NCBI RefSeq assembly: GCF_030684315.1
Contig: NC_081358.1
Location: 98,476,756 to 98,540,755 of the forward strand
Origin: Stegostoma tigrinum
Taxonomy: Eukaryota
Direction of reading: 5' to 3'
DNA length: 64,000 bases
A program made the position numbers and the translations under genes. The notes below the pieces were generated by a model, which saw only the letters and a program-made list of their open reading frames with translations, was not told where the DNA came from and made no database searches. Numbering within the stretch: position 1 is the first letter of the stretch; each line of letters begins with the position of its first letter. Shown one piece after another: positions 39,590-52,039 of this stretch.

Positions 39590-39955
39590 CAAGGCCATTA
39601 GTCACTATTGTTTTGAGACAAATGCAGTGGCCAACCTTCACACAGCAAGTTTCCATTAATCCCACTTAATTAAATCGACAGATGATAGGTTTTACTGATG
39701 TTGATCAAGGGAAAAATATTGTATAGAGCAGTGGGAGAAAACTTGCTGCATTGCATTCAATGGGACTTTTTGTATCCACCAGTGACAGAATACAGAGACT
39801 CAGTGTAACATTTGATTCAAGTTACACCACCCACTGATAATTTCACACTCCTCTAATGTTGCAGTAAAGTGTTGATTATTCATTCATAAATCTACAGTGG
39901 GATTGATCTTAATCTTCTAATTTAGAGGCAAAAGTCTACCACAGAGCCGTAGCTG
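39590..39955 (-). mobile_element. Old tRNA-derived SINE, possibly DeuSINE/SacSINE-type
   Basis: Degenerate similarity to other copies at ~15990-16160 and ~43860-44290 (gcagccaatttgcacacagcaag..gatgttga..gggataaatattg); family assignment is from recall. Confidence 0.4.
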
Positions 39956-41024
39956 GTACATGTTGCAAAATAGTCCATTATGTGCAACACGGAAGCGCGA
40001 AAACAGCTTTGCTTCTAAATAATGCCTATGCCAGTCCATTGGAAAAATGTACAGAACTGATTAAGATATGGATTTGCCACCTGGAAGTTAAGAATTCTAA
40101 TTATACCATGACAAATGGTGAGGGTGAACTGAATAAGTCTGATAAATATTGACTGCCACAGTGTTGAATTGTACTGGTCTATGTGTAATTGCAGTCCTGC
40201 AATATGTAATTGACTGATAATGCCTCAGAGCACTACTTTACCAACATCAGTTCACTTCCCAAGAGCAAATGGTAATAAAAAAGCTTAATGATAAACTTGA
40301 AACAGTGAGAAATGCTTGCAATATTCAGTTTTGAATTTCAAGACAAAACGTGAGATTAATTAAAGTGAAACTTGATGTCACCATATATAGCATTTAGAAT
40401 AATGGAGAGATAACATGCATGGAGTATTAATGGCACAAAAGGCCATTTAGCAATAAATATAATATATTTGGAGTTTCAGAATGTCTTTGATATTATGTTC
40501 ACAGCTAAGTCATAATATCCTTTATTCAAGTATATCACCCTTATCTCAGATTGAACCACCTCACTTTTGAAAAAAAATATAAAATTCTATCATATTGTGG
40601 CCAGTCATCCCCAAAGTTTCTTTGACAATGAGATTATTAATTTTTGCATATTACTTGATCCCAAATAGCTTGGCCTCAAGTGAGCTTCTTTTAACATGAT
40701 CACAAAGGCAATCCAGAAACCCATCCGACACAGTTTTAGTGTTTAATATTTTTACCCGGAATGTTGGAGCTTGAAGTTACCCATGATAACAGTGTTGCCC
40801 ATGCTGCATGTTTCTCTCATCTCCTGTTATATACCATGCCCCACAAAAATACCAGTACTGTTCAGTGGAATATGAATAAGTCAACCCTTGCTGCCCCTTA
40901 ACTGCAGACAAACAGACTCAACATATTGTTCTTCCAATCTGAAATTATTCTTTACTAACACAGTGAAACCATCTCTGAATATCAGTGCAATTACAGATAC
41001 TTTGTCTTCTTCTCTGTCCTTCCT

Positions 41025-41775
41025 GTCAAGTACAGGTGGAAAGTATGCAATGAATGGCAGAACCCGGAGGAGCATTGATGTGGGATTTGGGTATGCAGGT
41101 CCACAGATCACTGAAGTTGGCAGTACAGGTCGATAAGGCAATATAAAAGTCGATGGCATGCTTGCCTTCATTGGAAGGGACATCAAGTATAAGGATAGGT
41201 AAGTTATGCTGCAGCTTTATAGACCTTTAGTTAGGCCGTACGTGGGATATTATGTACAGTTCAGATCACCACACGACCATAAGGATGTGGATGCTTTGGA
41301 GAAAGTATAGAAAGGTTTACCAGGATGTTGCCAGGTATGGAGAATTTTAGCTATGAAGAAAGGTTGGATAGACTTGGTTTGTTTTCACTAGAACACAGGA
41401 GGTTAAAGGGTGATCCAGTAGAAGCTTATATGTTTGTGAATGGCATGTATAGAATGGAAAGTATGAGGCTTTTTCCCAGAGAAAATTACTTGGGGACAGG
41501 TTCAAGGTATGGGGGCAGAGGGAGAGTTTAAAAGAGATGGGAGAGGCAAGTTTTTCATACAAAGGGTGGTGAGTGTAACGCACTGCCAGAGCAGGTAGCG
41601 CAAACAGATACAATGGCAGCATTCAAATGCACTTGGATGAACACATGAACAGAAAAGGAATAGAGGGATATGGATCCTGTAAGTGAAGACAGTTTTAATA
41701 TGGAAGAGCAAATTTGTCTCAGCGCAGGCTTGGAGGGTTAAACGGCCTGTTCCTGTGCTGTATTGTTCTTTGTTG
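41025..41775 (+). mobile_element. CR1 LINE 3' end inserted in an older minus-strand CR1 remnant
   Basis: MLPGMENFSYEERLDRLGLFSLEHRRLKGD and tail ggcctgttcctgtgctgtattgttctttgtt. Confidence 0.85.
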
Positions 41776-42427
41776 TTTTCTTTTCTGAGCTAGAAATATT
41801 GTTAAATATTCAGTTCCCAGTTCCCCTCCTCATCATACAACCATATTGCTGTAATGATAATTATGTCATAACTATTTACCTCTATTTGTGTCTTTAGATC
41901 ACAAGGCAAATGTTGTAAGTGCTGTGTGCACTCAGGTAGAGTGCCCTTAATTTTGCCTTGTTGACATTATTCGGATTTGAGGCATGCTCAGTGTTTGGTT
42001 TCATTTCTCCTCCCTTCTAACAAGAAGTAGAAAAGTCTTGAATAACGTTATCAGCCGAAGTCCCCTCCTCTCAGAATCCTTCCCCATACCTCTGTCCCAT
42101 GGAATTGCTGGATTAAACCCACCCCAGAAGCTTACCAAATCAACCTGGAAGCATGTTAGTGCCAGTCCTGTTAAGATTTAGCCCATCCATTTTGTACATG
42201 CTCTGCCTGCTCCAGAATGGCTTATCAGAAATTTCTCATAAATCTGATACCCTCTCCCCTAATCAATCCTCCACCCATTTGTTCAATCTACTCATCCTTC
42301 TGTTCTTATGCTCAGCATATGTTGCACTGGCGGTAGTCCAAAGATTATTGCTTGCTTCCTGCCTACCTCTCTACATTCTGCGTTACCTATGTTATTGGAA
42401 CCAAACTGGACAGTAACTTCTGGCTAA

Positions 42428-42830
42428 GATAACAGTGTGGAGCTGGATGAACACAGCAGGCCAAGCAGATGTTTCAGGCCGCGACCCTTCATCAGAAAAG
42501 GGGGATTGAAGAGGTGGACAGAAGAGGGATTGTTCCACATAACCTACAAAGTGGCAGGCATAACTTGGACCCATGCAGGTACTGGCTCCATCCCTGCCTC
42601 TAACTTGTCTGTCTCCTCTCCACCTATCTTCTCCTCTATCCATCTTCGAACCACCTCCCCCTCTCTCCATATTTATTTCAGAACTTTCTCCCCCTCCCCC
42701 TTTACTGATGAAGGGTCTAGGCCTGAAAAGTCAGCTTTTGTGCTCCTAAGATGCTGCTTGGCCTGCAGTGTTCATCCAGCTCCACGCTTTGTTATCTCGG
42801 ATTCTCCAGCATCTGCAGTTCCCATTATCT
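42428..42830. mobile_element. Fold-back Penelope-like derivative containing an RT remnant
   Basis: Minus-strand MGPSYACHFVGYVEQSLF joined to a plus-strand 3' UTR with hammerhead-like core at ~42706-42732; TSD cag(t/c)aacttctggctaa at 42411-42427 and 42831-42847. Confidence 0.85.
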
Positions 42831-43709
42831 CAGCAACTTCTGGCTAATCCCCCACCCTTAGAAGGATTAACTACAGGCTGCACATTATTGTCAGGGCCTA
42901 TGATCAGATAGCCAACACACCATCCTGGATTCATAGTTCAAGCTGCAATAACAGCTGCCTGATCCTTTGACTATGGAATCCTCTATCATTATTGCCATCT
43001 CCTCTCTTGGTGATATGTTCAGAACAGAGACATTCCCCACTCTATGCACTTTTTTAAAATTTGCTTCCCCCTCTCTCAGTGCTGTAAAAAGAATGAAACC
43101 GCTTCCCGTTCTCTGTGCTCTTTTAAAACTTGTTGTCTCTTGTCCAAAGGCTGTGCTCAGAAAAGACGAAACTGAGGTTTAAAAAAAAGGTTTTCAAAGA
43201 GTTTGATAAGTTAGAATTAGAAAATAATGTTTTCAACCATCGTACAGACCAGAACTGTGGGCTAAACATTCAAATAGATCTGACAGGGAATCCTGGAGAA
43301 AAACTTCTTTGCCAAGAAAATGTGAAATTTGTTTAAATATATCGGATTGTATTGATACATTCAATAATAGGATAATATAATAGAAATTGCATATACAGAA
43401 ATGAATCTCTAAAGCAAATGCCATGAATGTTTTGTAGTAAGGGAAGAGAGTATCTACATTTTTAAGATGTTGGGAAAGAGCAATTTGAACAGATGGAATT
43501 TCAGTTCAACACAAAGGGATGCAGAAGGAGGGAGAGCCAACACAATGGAGCATTTAAAGAATCTTAGAAAGAACATGAAATAAATAATTTACCATTACCT
43601 TCATTGCACTAGAGAAATATGTCTCAAAAGAAGTTGTTCAGTAATTATTTGATTAAGAATAGCTCCATGCAGATGCACTGGTAAATTTTAAAATGTCAAT
43701 CTGAATTAC

Positions 43710-43835
43710 CCATTTGCAAGAGAATTGGGGTTCCATAGAGGATGCATGATGATCAATTGAACATGTCTCAAATATTCATTGCCTTTGTTCTCCAGGTCAT
43801 GCTCTCCAAGAACAACAGCAAATCTTCCTGGTATG
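43710..43835 (-). CDS. Elastase-like protease exon 4: (T)IPGRFAVVLGEHDLENKGNEYLRHVQLIIMHPLWNPNSLAN(G)
   Basis: ctttcAG/GTaatt, 126 nt, phase 2/2; VLGEH and HP.WN motifs. Confidence 0.94.
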
Positions 43836-44952
43836 CTGAAAGAAAAGTAAAGAAAAATTCCTCAGTGCCTTTTGCAATCTAAGGTTACTCCAAAGCATTT
43901 TACAGATAATTAAGGACTTTGGAGGTCTAGTTACTTTTGTAATGTAGAAAATGCAGGAGTCAAAATGTGTAATAGCAACCTGTCAAAACCAGCAGTAAGA
44001 CAAGGACCAGATAACCAGTTTAATGAGATTGGTTGGGGGTAAATATTGAAAAATCACACCAGAGGTAATTACTCTGCTTTGCTTTCAAGTAATAAGATAC
44101 ATTACACCCATCTAAGGAGGCAGACAAAGTCTTTTTATAATGTCTTTCTTGACAAAAGGAAATAAAATCTGCACTTGCAAGAGAATGTGGGGGAAACTCA
44201 TTTCTTTGAAGTGGAAGAGTGAGGTAAATCTTCTGCTTGCCTCTAAGACACTGCCTTAAATCCAACCCAATGTCCTGAGACCAGGTTCATTTTCGAGCAG
44301 AATAGATGCCTAATGGGCATCCAAAATAAAAAATCCTGTCAAGAGAATACTTCCATTGCTGGAAAAGAGAGGCTTGTTGCAGGGGGATTTGTTGTTACAT
44401 GCGCGAAGACAAGGCAGGTTCTTTAAAACACTGAAAAGCCATAAAAACAAAACAAATAACCTGAATTTGTATGTTTTGACCAAAAACCGTGATGAAAGAA
44501 AAGCCAGTTACTTCATAATATGTTTATATTAAGACATATGTCAAGTTATCGTCAATGTTACAATAAATATAGTACCTGACAAGTTCCCTTAATTTGCTAG
44601 AATATTTCAGCTTCTATTTAAATAAGCCAAGTTCAAAACTTTTCAATAAGCTTTTGGTCAAACTATCAAACTGGCAATACTGGTTCAAATGGAAATTAGA
44701 TTTATTTCAGAAAATGACAATTTTACACTGAAGTTAATGAGTAATTTGAAACTCAAAACAATGAGCACAGTGAGCATTGAAAGAATGTGACATTGGACCA
44801 ATGCTTTTCAAAGCTTTCCACCACCAGGTTTTCTTTGTCTCATTTTTGGTCTTTGTAGATTAATTGATTATAAGTGAATGCTTTAATTAGTCAGCAATGT
44901 TTTTATCATATTACATAACTATTAGGATAATAGAATGCAATGTTGATAGTCA

Positions 44953-45309
44953 GAGATAACAAAGTGTGGAGCTGGATGAACACAGCAGGCGAAGCAGCAT
45001 CTTAGGAGCAAAAAAAGCTGACATTTCGGGCTTTTCTAATGAAGGGTCTAGGCCTGAAACATCAGCTTTTGTGCTCCTAAGATGCTGCTTGGCCTGCTGT
45101 GTTCATCCAGCTCCACACTTTGTTATCTCGGATTCTCCAGCATCTGCAGTTCCCATTATCTCAGCAACTTCTGGCTAATCCCCCACCCTTAGAAGGATGT
45201 TTTACAGGCTGCACATTATTGTCAGGGCCTACGATCAGATAGCCAATACACCATCCTGGATTCATAGTTCAAGCTGCAATAACATCTGCAGTTCCCATTA
45301 TCTCTGATA
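44953..45309. mobile_element. Fold-back Penelope-like mini-element carrying 123 bp of captured flank
   Basis: TSD caat(g/t)ttgatagtca at 44938-44952 and 45310-45324; 45162-45284 duplicates 42831-42953. Confidence 0.8.
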
Positions 45310-45462
45310 CAATTTTGATAGTCATTTTGGTTAGAAATTCCTATATATCTCTAATGTATTACATAGGTTATAATTCTAATTTGTATAAGTATAAAGGAAT
45401 GTCTCCAATGTAAAAATGATTGCGCAAACTGCTTGTTGCACATCTTGAAGCAATGTACTTAC

Positions 45463-45572
45463 GTGAGAATACAATGTGCAGCAGTCATGACCCAGTTTGC
45501 AGAAATGAGGGTTCCACCACACAAATGTTGGAAGTAGTTTGGGTCAGATTCATAAGCAAACTGCAGAGAGGC
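45463..45572 (-). CDS. Elastase-like protease exon 3 (catalytic His): [36 protein letters not shown]
   Basis: ttgtAG/GTaagt, 110 nt, phase 0/2; CGGTLI and TAAHC motifs. Confidence 0.96.
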
Positions 45573-46669
45573 CTACAATCAGAAATATATGTTGTTTTAC
45601 TTTTTTCAGGTGTTAAAATTACTCTAAGGATTCAAAACCTAAGGACATCTTGAACATACAAAGGTTCAAAACAATGCATTGAGCATCCTGTATGGAGACA
45701 GAGGTGTGTTTGTTCTCAGTAAGCACCAAAAATGTAACGCTGTAAGTTGATATCAAAGACCGACAAGGACTGCTGATGTGAAGTATAGAAATAACATTCC
45801 AGTGCAGTAGTATTGGTTACTATAATAAATCAAACATTATCACTGAGGTTAGAGGGATGCACTGCTTCCTTTCTAGTTCCATGCTTCCACTAGTCACATA
45901 AAATTGTATATTTAATCAGAATGATGATGATAATGCCAATCATTATAGATCTCAGTCTGTATCTGGTTTGGTATTAAAAATAAATCACCCAGGACTCTTC
46001 AGTCAACAATGATTAATCATTTTATTATAAAATAAAACTTAACCAAACATGCAAAGATTCTTTAGAAAAAAAGATTTTGATGTTGAAAAGATAGACATAT
46101 CTTGTATTCCAGCATCTTAAAATTAACATGAGGCAAGTATGGGTAGCAGACAAACTATGGCAAATGCCCTACAGAACACATCAATTAGCAAACACAACAT
46201 GGCAGATCTCATGGAATTCTCCCCAAATATTATCTACATTTGAGTTACCAAGTCTTACTTAAAGTTCACAAGAAGTTACAATTGTAATCTTTTAATGATG
46301 TGGTATGAAAGCTCCTTCAATGGTTGCTCCATCATAGACTGCCACAGCAACTGTTCATGCACTGGTGATTCTTTTTTCGTTCCTGGGACTGTGGTCCTTG
46401 GAATATGGATTCTGGAAACTGTACTCCAACACTTACTCATAGGCATTGCTGCATATATTCACAAACGATGAACTTCAGTAAGCCAATTCTGCTGCTTGTT
46501 TTTTTATTTTCCTGAGCTCTATTCTTTCTCATTTGCATAAGGCAAATACTGCTTCTGCATTTCCAGCATGCTGGCTCACAACTGCACTGAACTTCATGAC
46601 ACATAACTTCATCCAGAGCCATGTACCGATTCTGATGTAACTTTGCTTTATCATTTTTATTTTCAAATA

Positions 46670-47495
46670 CAATATTGATAGGATGCAGAGCTGGGCTGAG
46701 AAGTGGCAGATGGAGTTTAACCCTGAAAAGTGTGAGGTGATTCATTTTGGAGCAATAAACGTGAAAGCAGAATAAGGGTTAATGGAAAGACTCTTGGCAG
46801 TGTGGAGGAGCAGAAGGATCTTGGGGTTCATGTCCACAGTTCCCTGAAAGCTGCCACCCAGGTGGATAGAGATGTAAGAAGGCGTATGGTGTGTTAGCTT
46901 TCATTAATAGAGGGATTGAGTTCAAGAGTCGTGAAGTTATGCTCCAGCTGTTCAAAACCCTGGTTCGGCCATATCTAAAGTATTGTGTCCAGTTCTGGCC
47001 ACCTCATTATGGGAAAGATGTGGAAGTGTTGGAAAAGGTGCAGAGGAGATTTACCAGGATGTTGCATGGAATGGAGGGAAGGTCTTACAAGGAAAGGTTG
47101 AGAGAGATGGGGCTTTTCTCTTTAGAACAATGAAGGATCAGAGGTGACTTGATCGAGGTGTACAAAATGATCTGAGGTATAGATAGAGTGGACAGCCAGA
47201 GACACTTTTCCTCAGGTGGATGTAGCTATTATGAGGGGGCATAGTTTTAAAGTGAAAGGAGGGAGATATTGGGGACACGTCAGAGGTAGGTTCTTTACCC
47301 AGAGAGTGGTAGGGGCGTGGAATGCATTGCCGGAGAGGGTAGTGGATTCGGCCTCATTAGGGGCATTTAAGTGGCTATTCGATAGGCATATGGATGATGG
47401 TGTAAGGTAGGGATGGAGGTTAGATAGACCTTAGGTTTAGGGGAAATGTTTGGCACAACATCGTGGGCCGAAGGGCCTGTACTGTGCTATGTTCA
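46670..47495 (+). mobile_element. CR1 (HER1-like) LINE 3' fragment, relatively young
   Basis: ORFs 46891-47133 (LFKTLVRPYLKYCVQFWPPH..LEKVQRRFTRML) and 47216-47410 (FFTQRVVGAWNALP). Confidence 0.9.
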
Positions 47496-49175
47496 GCATT
47501 TCGTGCAATGCATCAATCACTTTCTTCAAAGCCACCTGGAGGTTTCTTGTTTACTTCTTCTCATGGGCTTTCAACAATCCTTCAAGTTTATAATTGAAAA
47601 CATGTTATTCTGATTGACATTCAACTTCAAATTATCTTCCTTAATTTTTTTTTCCACAATAGGTTTTGTTGTTTCATTGTTTAATTCACCCCAAATGAAT
47701 AAATCTGCACTGTGAATTTTTGCTCTCTTTAGCTGCTTTTAGAGGTCTTCTAAACTTTAAGTTCTTCCCTTAAATTCCTGAGTAACTTCTCATTCTTATT
47801 CTCCAGTCTACCTCAGGATATAAACCTTTCATTATTCCTTTTTACTGTGAACCTCCAGTAGTTTGTCAGTCTGGTTTTTAATTCTGCACTCAACCAACTT
47901 TTCTGATACATCAACAATTTATTTTACTGCTTTAAGTTTTTCTCATAGTACTTCATAGAGACTTTTGAAACTTATCTTTATCAGGATGATACTGAAGATG
48001 TGCCATTGTTGAATTCATTTCTATAAGTGTTATAACTGCTTTCTGTCCACAGATGCAACTGAGTTTTTCCAGGATTTCCCATTTTTGTTATTGCTAGAGC
48101 TATTTTGTCCACTCCCAGTTCTATTGTTCCCTCTGACTTTCCCAATTCATTGCATGGATTGTTGACTAGTGGTTTTAGAATTTCTTGTTTCTTAACTTTT
48201 GATCTAAATCCTATCTTCAACTTTCCAGTCATCCTTCTTCATTTATCAGTGGGTAATGCCTGAAGAGACTAAAGTTTATCCCACTCTGCTCAAAACTAGA
48301 CATTTCACTTCTTCTTGTTGTCCTCTAGTGCACAAGAAATCTGGCGTTTTTAACTAACTGTCTAACTAACTCTGGACTCCCCTGTTAGCTAAAATTCTAT
48401 TTAATTCGGCCTTGAAGATATTTAATCGCCAAACCTGGACTATTCTCTGGGGAAGAGAATTCCAAAGTCCAATTGACACTCAGAACTAAATCCTCCTTAT
48501 CTCCTTAAGTGGGAGACCTCCTATTTTTAAATTGTGTCCCCTAGTTCTAGACATTCCCACAGGACAAACATCCTCCCAGAATTAATATCCTGTCAGAATC
48601 ATATATGTTTCAAAAAGTTTAATTCACTTTCTTCTAAACTCCAATGAGTGTACGCCAAGTTTCTCATCCTTTCGTCATAAGAAAGAATGGTAGTCAGATG
48701 AGTGAATCTTCTCTTAACTTCTTCCAATGCAGTTTATCCTCCTTTAAGTAATGGGACTGTATACTGTATTCCAGATGTGATTTTACCAAGTCCTTACACA
48801 GCTGTAGCAACAGTTCCCTACCTTTCTGCCCCATTCCTCTAGCAATTAAGATCAACTCACCTTCTCAAATAATTTGCTGTAACTGCATCCTTACTATTTC
48901 TGGTTTGTGTAGTAGGATATCACATCCCTTTGTACCACAGATTTGATACGTATGCTCTTTAGATTCTTCCTGCCAAAGTGACCATGTTCCCACTTTCTCA
49001 GATTATATTCCGTTTACCAAGTATGTGCCCACGCATCTAATCCACCTCTATCTTTAACTTTATCTGTAATTTAAGGAATTGAAATCTGGTAGACTTTAAG
49101 ATCAAACTTGAAAGATGTAACAGTATTCCTACGTTCTGACTGTTTGGTAGTTTGCAGTCAGCGAGTTCTCCTTAC

Positions 49176-49255
49176 CTGCCATGGCCAGCTGTGTGGTCTG
49201 GCTTCCTGTCCAGCAATCACACGGCCGGTTAATGGGCTTGCAGCGCTAGGCCCAA
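49176..49255 (-). CDS. Elastase-like protease exon 2 (activation site): (I)GPSAASPLTGR|VIAGQEARPHSWPWQ
   Basis: atgtAG/GTaagg, 80 nt, phase 1/0; R-VIAG activation site and PHSWPWQ motif. Confidence 0.95.
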
Positions 49256-49396
49256 CTACATGGCAAGACAAGCACATAATAGGAAAGAAACAAAGAAAAG
49301 AATTAGCGTTTGGTAAACAAAATTGACATTTTTCAGCCAATGCATTCTAAGCTAATGAGAAGAAGCAAGCAATTTCAAGTTCTGGCCAATGCTTAC

Positions 49397-49430
49397 TGAA
49401 AAATAGAGTCAACAATATGAACTGCAACAT
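49397..49430 (-). CDS. Elastase-like protease exon 1 (signal peptide): MLQFILLTLFF
   Basis: ATG at 49430, 34 nt, consensus donor A|GTAAGC in phase 1 matching exon 2; gives hydrophobic signal MLQFILLTLFFIGPSAA. Confidence 0.85.
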
Positions 49431-49467
49431 ATTGAAATGGGAAATGAGCTCAATTGTCAAGCAGTTT

Positions 49468-49535
49468 CTTATAAATATATACTTTTTGGCATGTGTCACT
49501 AGATAAACTCTCTTTTGTGTAAACAAGATAATTTT
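49468..49535 (-). promoter_or_regulatory. Elastase gene proximal promoter: TATA-like element and GATA sites
   Basis: Minus-strand TATATATTTATAA at 49469-49481, ~40-50 bp upstream of ATG; AGATAA at 49501-49506 and 49526-49531. Confidence 0.55.
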
Positions 49536-50199
49536 TCAGAGGTAAATATCTTATTTGGAAACTATGCCAAACTGTTTGTGAAACTCTCCAGGTTAATTGA
49601 AAAATCAGCAATTAAATAAATCACTTATCAGTCATGTTTTGCAGTATTGCCAACCTCTTGTCCACACTGCCAAAATCCTCCAGAACATCATATTACATGA
49701 GACAGAAAGGCACTAACATAACCCTCTTCACAAAGGTAGCCAGTGGAAATTCAAAGGGCATCAGCATCACTGCAGAAGAGGCAGGAATGGAAGTAGAACT
49801 CAATGTAAGTAAAAGGAATCAGCCTCATGAGTTGTCCTTTAAATGGCTATTTAAGATTCATCCCTAACATTTGCAATCATTAATATGGATTTACCTGCAT
49901 AAAGGACTAGTGATCTGCCCTGGCAACAGTTTAGGTATTTTGTGTATCTTGGGTGATAGCACAAAACGATTGATAGCAAACTGATAGCCTGCATTATACC
50001 TCAACTAAAGTTTTTCCCATTGAAACCATTTCAATCAACTGTTTGTATCACCAAGTGCAAATTTATTTTCTTTTTCTCTAATGTTCTCCCTTGTGCTAAG
50101 TTTGATCCTATTCGCAAATCTAGCCCTTACATTTCAACATGAAAATATAGCATCCCTAATATTTTATACCCTTTATTAACTTTCATCCTTATTGTCCAT

Positions 50200-50835
50200 A
50201 AGAAATAGGAACAGCAGCAATACCATTCAGCTCCTCAAGCCTGCTCTGAAGTTCAATAGGGTCATGGCTGATCCGATATTTCTCAATCCTCTTTCCTGCA
50301 TTTTCCCAGTAGCCCTTGATTCCCTTACTGATCAAGGAACTATCTATCTTTGTGTTTTGCCCCACAACTGTCTGTGGCAAGGAGTTGCAAATACTCACAA
50401 CCCTCAGAAGAAATTCCTTCAAGTTGGTGCCCCTTTATTCTGAGACCATACACTTGGGTCCTAGACTTTCTCATGAGGAGAAGCATCCTCAGCATTTGCC
50501 CTGTCAAGCCCCTTAAGAATCCTGTAGGTTTTAATGAGATGATCTCTCATCTTTCTAAACATTAGTGAATATAGTCCCAACCTGTTTAGTCTTTGCTCAT
50601 AAGACAATCCCTCCGTACGAGGGATCATCCAAGTGAATCATCTCTGAAGCAGCCTATGTGATGTCACTATTCAAAAAAAGGAGGAAAAAAATGGTTAACT
50701 GTTGGCTGATTAGCCTAACATCTGATTTTGGAAAAAAGTTGAATCAATTAATAAGAAAGTAATAACAGAACATCTGGAAAATCATAATCTAATCAAGGAG
50801 AGTCAACATGGCTTCATGGAAGGGAAATCGTGCCT
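50200..50835. mobile_element. CR1 LINE fragments in opposite orientations (minus ~50200-50650, plus ~50655-50835)
   Basis: RVVSICNSLPQ with a CR1 3' UTR; then cactattcaaaaaaagg..caacatggcttcatggaagggaaatcgtgcc (QHGFMEGKSC). Confidence 0.7.
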
Positions 50836-52039
50836 TTTCTGTGAAAAAAGAACAGTAATTACATATTTGAAGGGATTAATCAGAATGTCATCAGACATAC
50901 ATTTTCCAGTAGTCGATTACTAGGTGATGACGACGAATAACAGCCATGGTCTATTCATTGCATCCTGTAAGCTAAGGCTGATTCTGGTTCTCCTACCTGC
51001 AACCATCTAGAAACAGAAACAGAAATTGCTGGAAAAGCTCAGAGGTCTGACAGCATCGGTGGAGAGAAACCAGAGTCAATGTTTCAAGTCAAGGGACCCT
51101 TCCTCAGAACTGGTGAGATCATGATGAGATCATTTAACTTAGCAAAGGCCTACCATTGGAGCTGATCCCTATTTGGCTTATGTGATACAGTGTGGATGAT
51201 TTCTTTGGATTTGAATACCTGTAGAGTGATTGTGTTGGGGAATAGACTAGATTTTGTTTTGCTGTATTTTAAGATCTTTCAAACGGTGTTTTAAAGTTAG
51301 ATAGCTTGTTTTATTTTTGTCTTTTGTGAAATGAACTTCTGTTTTACTTTTAAACAAAATTTGTAACCTTGTGTGCCTATTTTTCAGGGAATGACCTCCA
51401 TGTTAAATAACAATAAGTCATCTATCAAGCTAAATTTCATTCTGTGATCTGACTTCTCCAATAGTAACATCAGCTGAGATCATAATAATACTGCAGAATT
51501 GTCTAATTGTCTAAAGTCAAAGATATCTCCATTGTGGCAATGTTAAAGTTTAAATTCAGTTAAAAATAATCTAGAAATAAGTAACTGGTATCAGTTAAAG
51601 TGATAGGTGTTCAAATTCTTCTAAATTCTCAATTGGTTCACTAATGTCCTTTAACGACAAAAGCACAACATGCTTACTAATTGTGGCCTGTATGTGACTC
51701 CAAAATTGATTCTTACCTGCCCTTTGAAATGGCCTGAGATATCAGGAACTGCAGATACTGGAGAATTTGAGATAACAAGATGTAGAGCTGGATGTACACA
51801 GCAGGCCAAGCAGCAGAGGAGCAGGAAGGCTGACGTTTCGGGCAGATATGAATTTATAATTAAACGTTACCAATGGTTAAAAAAAAAATCACTCTACCAC
51901 CTTATCAGAAGCAATTGGAAATATGTACTAACTGCCATCCTCATCAACATCAATGTCCTGAGAATAAATTAATTAACAAGCAGATTCTGTCTGGCAATTT
52001 CCCAAGTTGGCAGACCTGACTTGGTTTAAAATAAGTAGG

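Noticed and set aside
47981-48232. ORF faintly resembling an LTR-retrotransposon gag N-terminus (GKLKIGFRSKVKKQEILK)
   Set aside because: No LTR pair, PBS or pol motifs could be confirmed by eye.
49688-49828. ATG at ~49828 that could encode a signal-like peptide if frameshifted
   Set aside because: Needs an assumed frameshift and has no phase-compatible donor.
49895-49994. Alternative elastase exon 1 (MQAISLLSIVLCY...RSLVLYA, phase-1 GTAAAT donor) resembling the elastase-1 signal SLVLYG
   Set aside because: 49397-49430 gives a cleaner signal peptide, a consensus donor and an upstream TATA; this ORF overlaps the GATA cluster and is probably chance.
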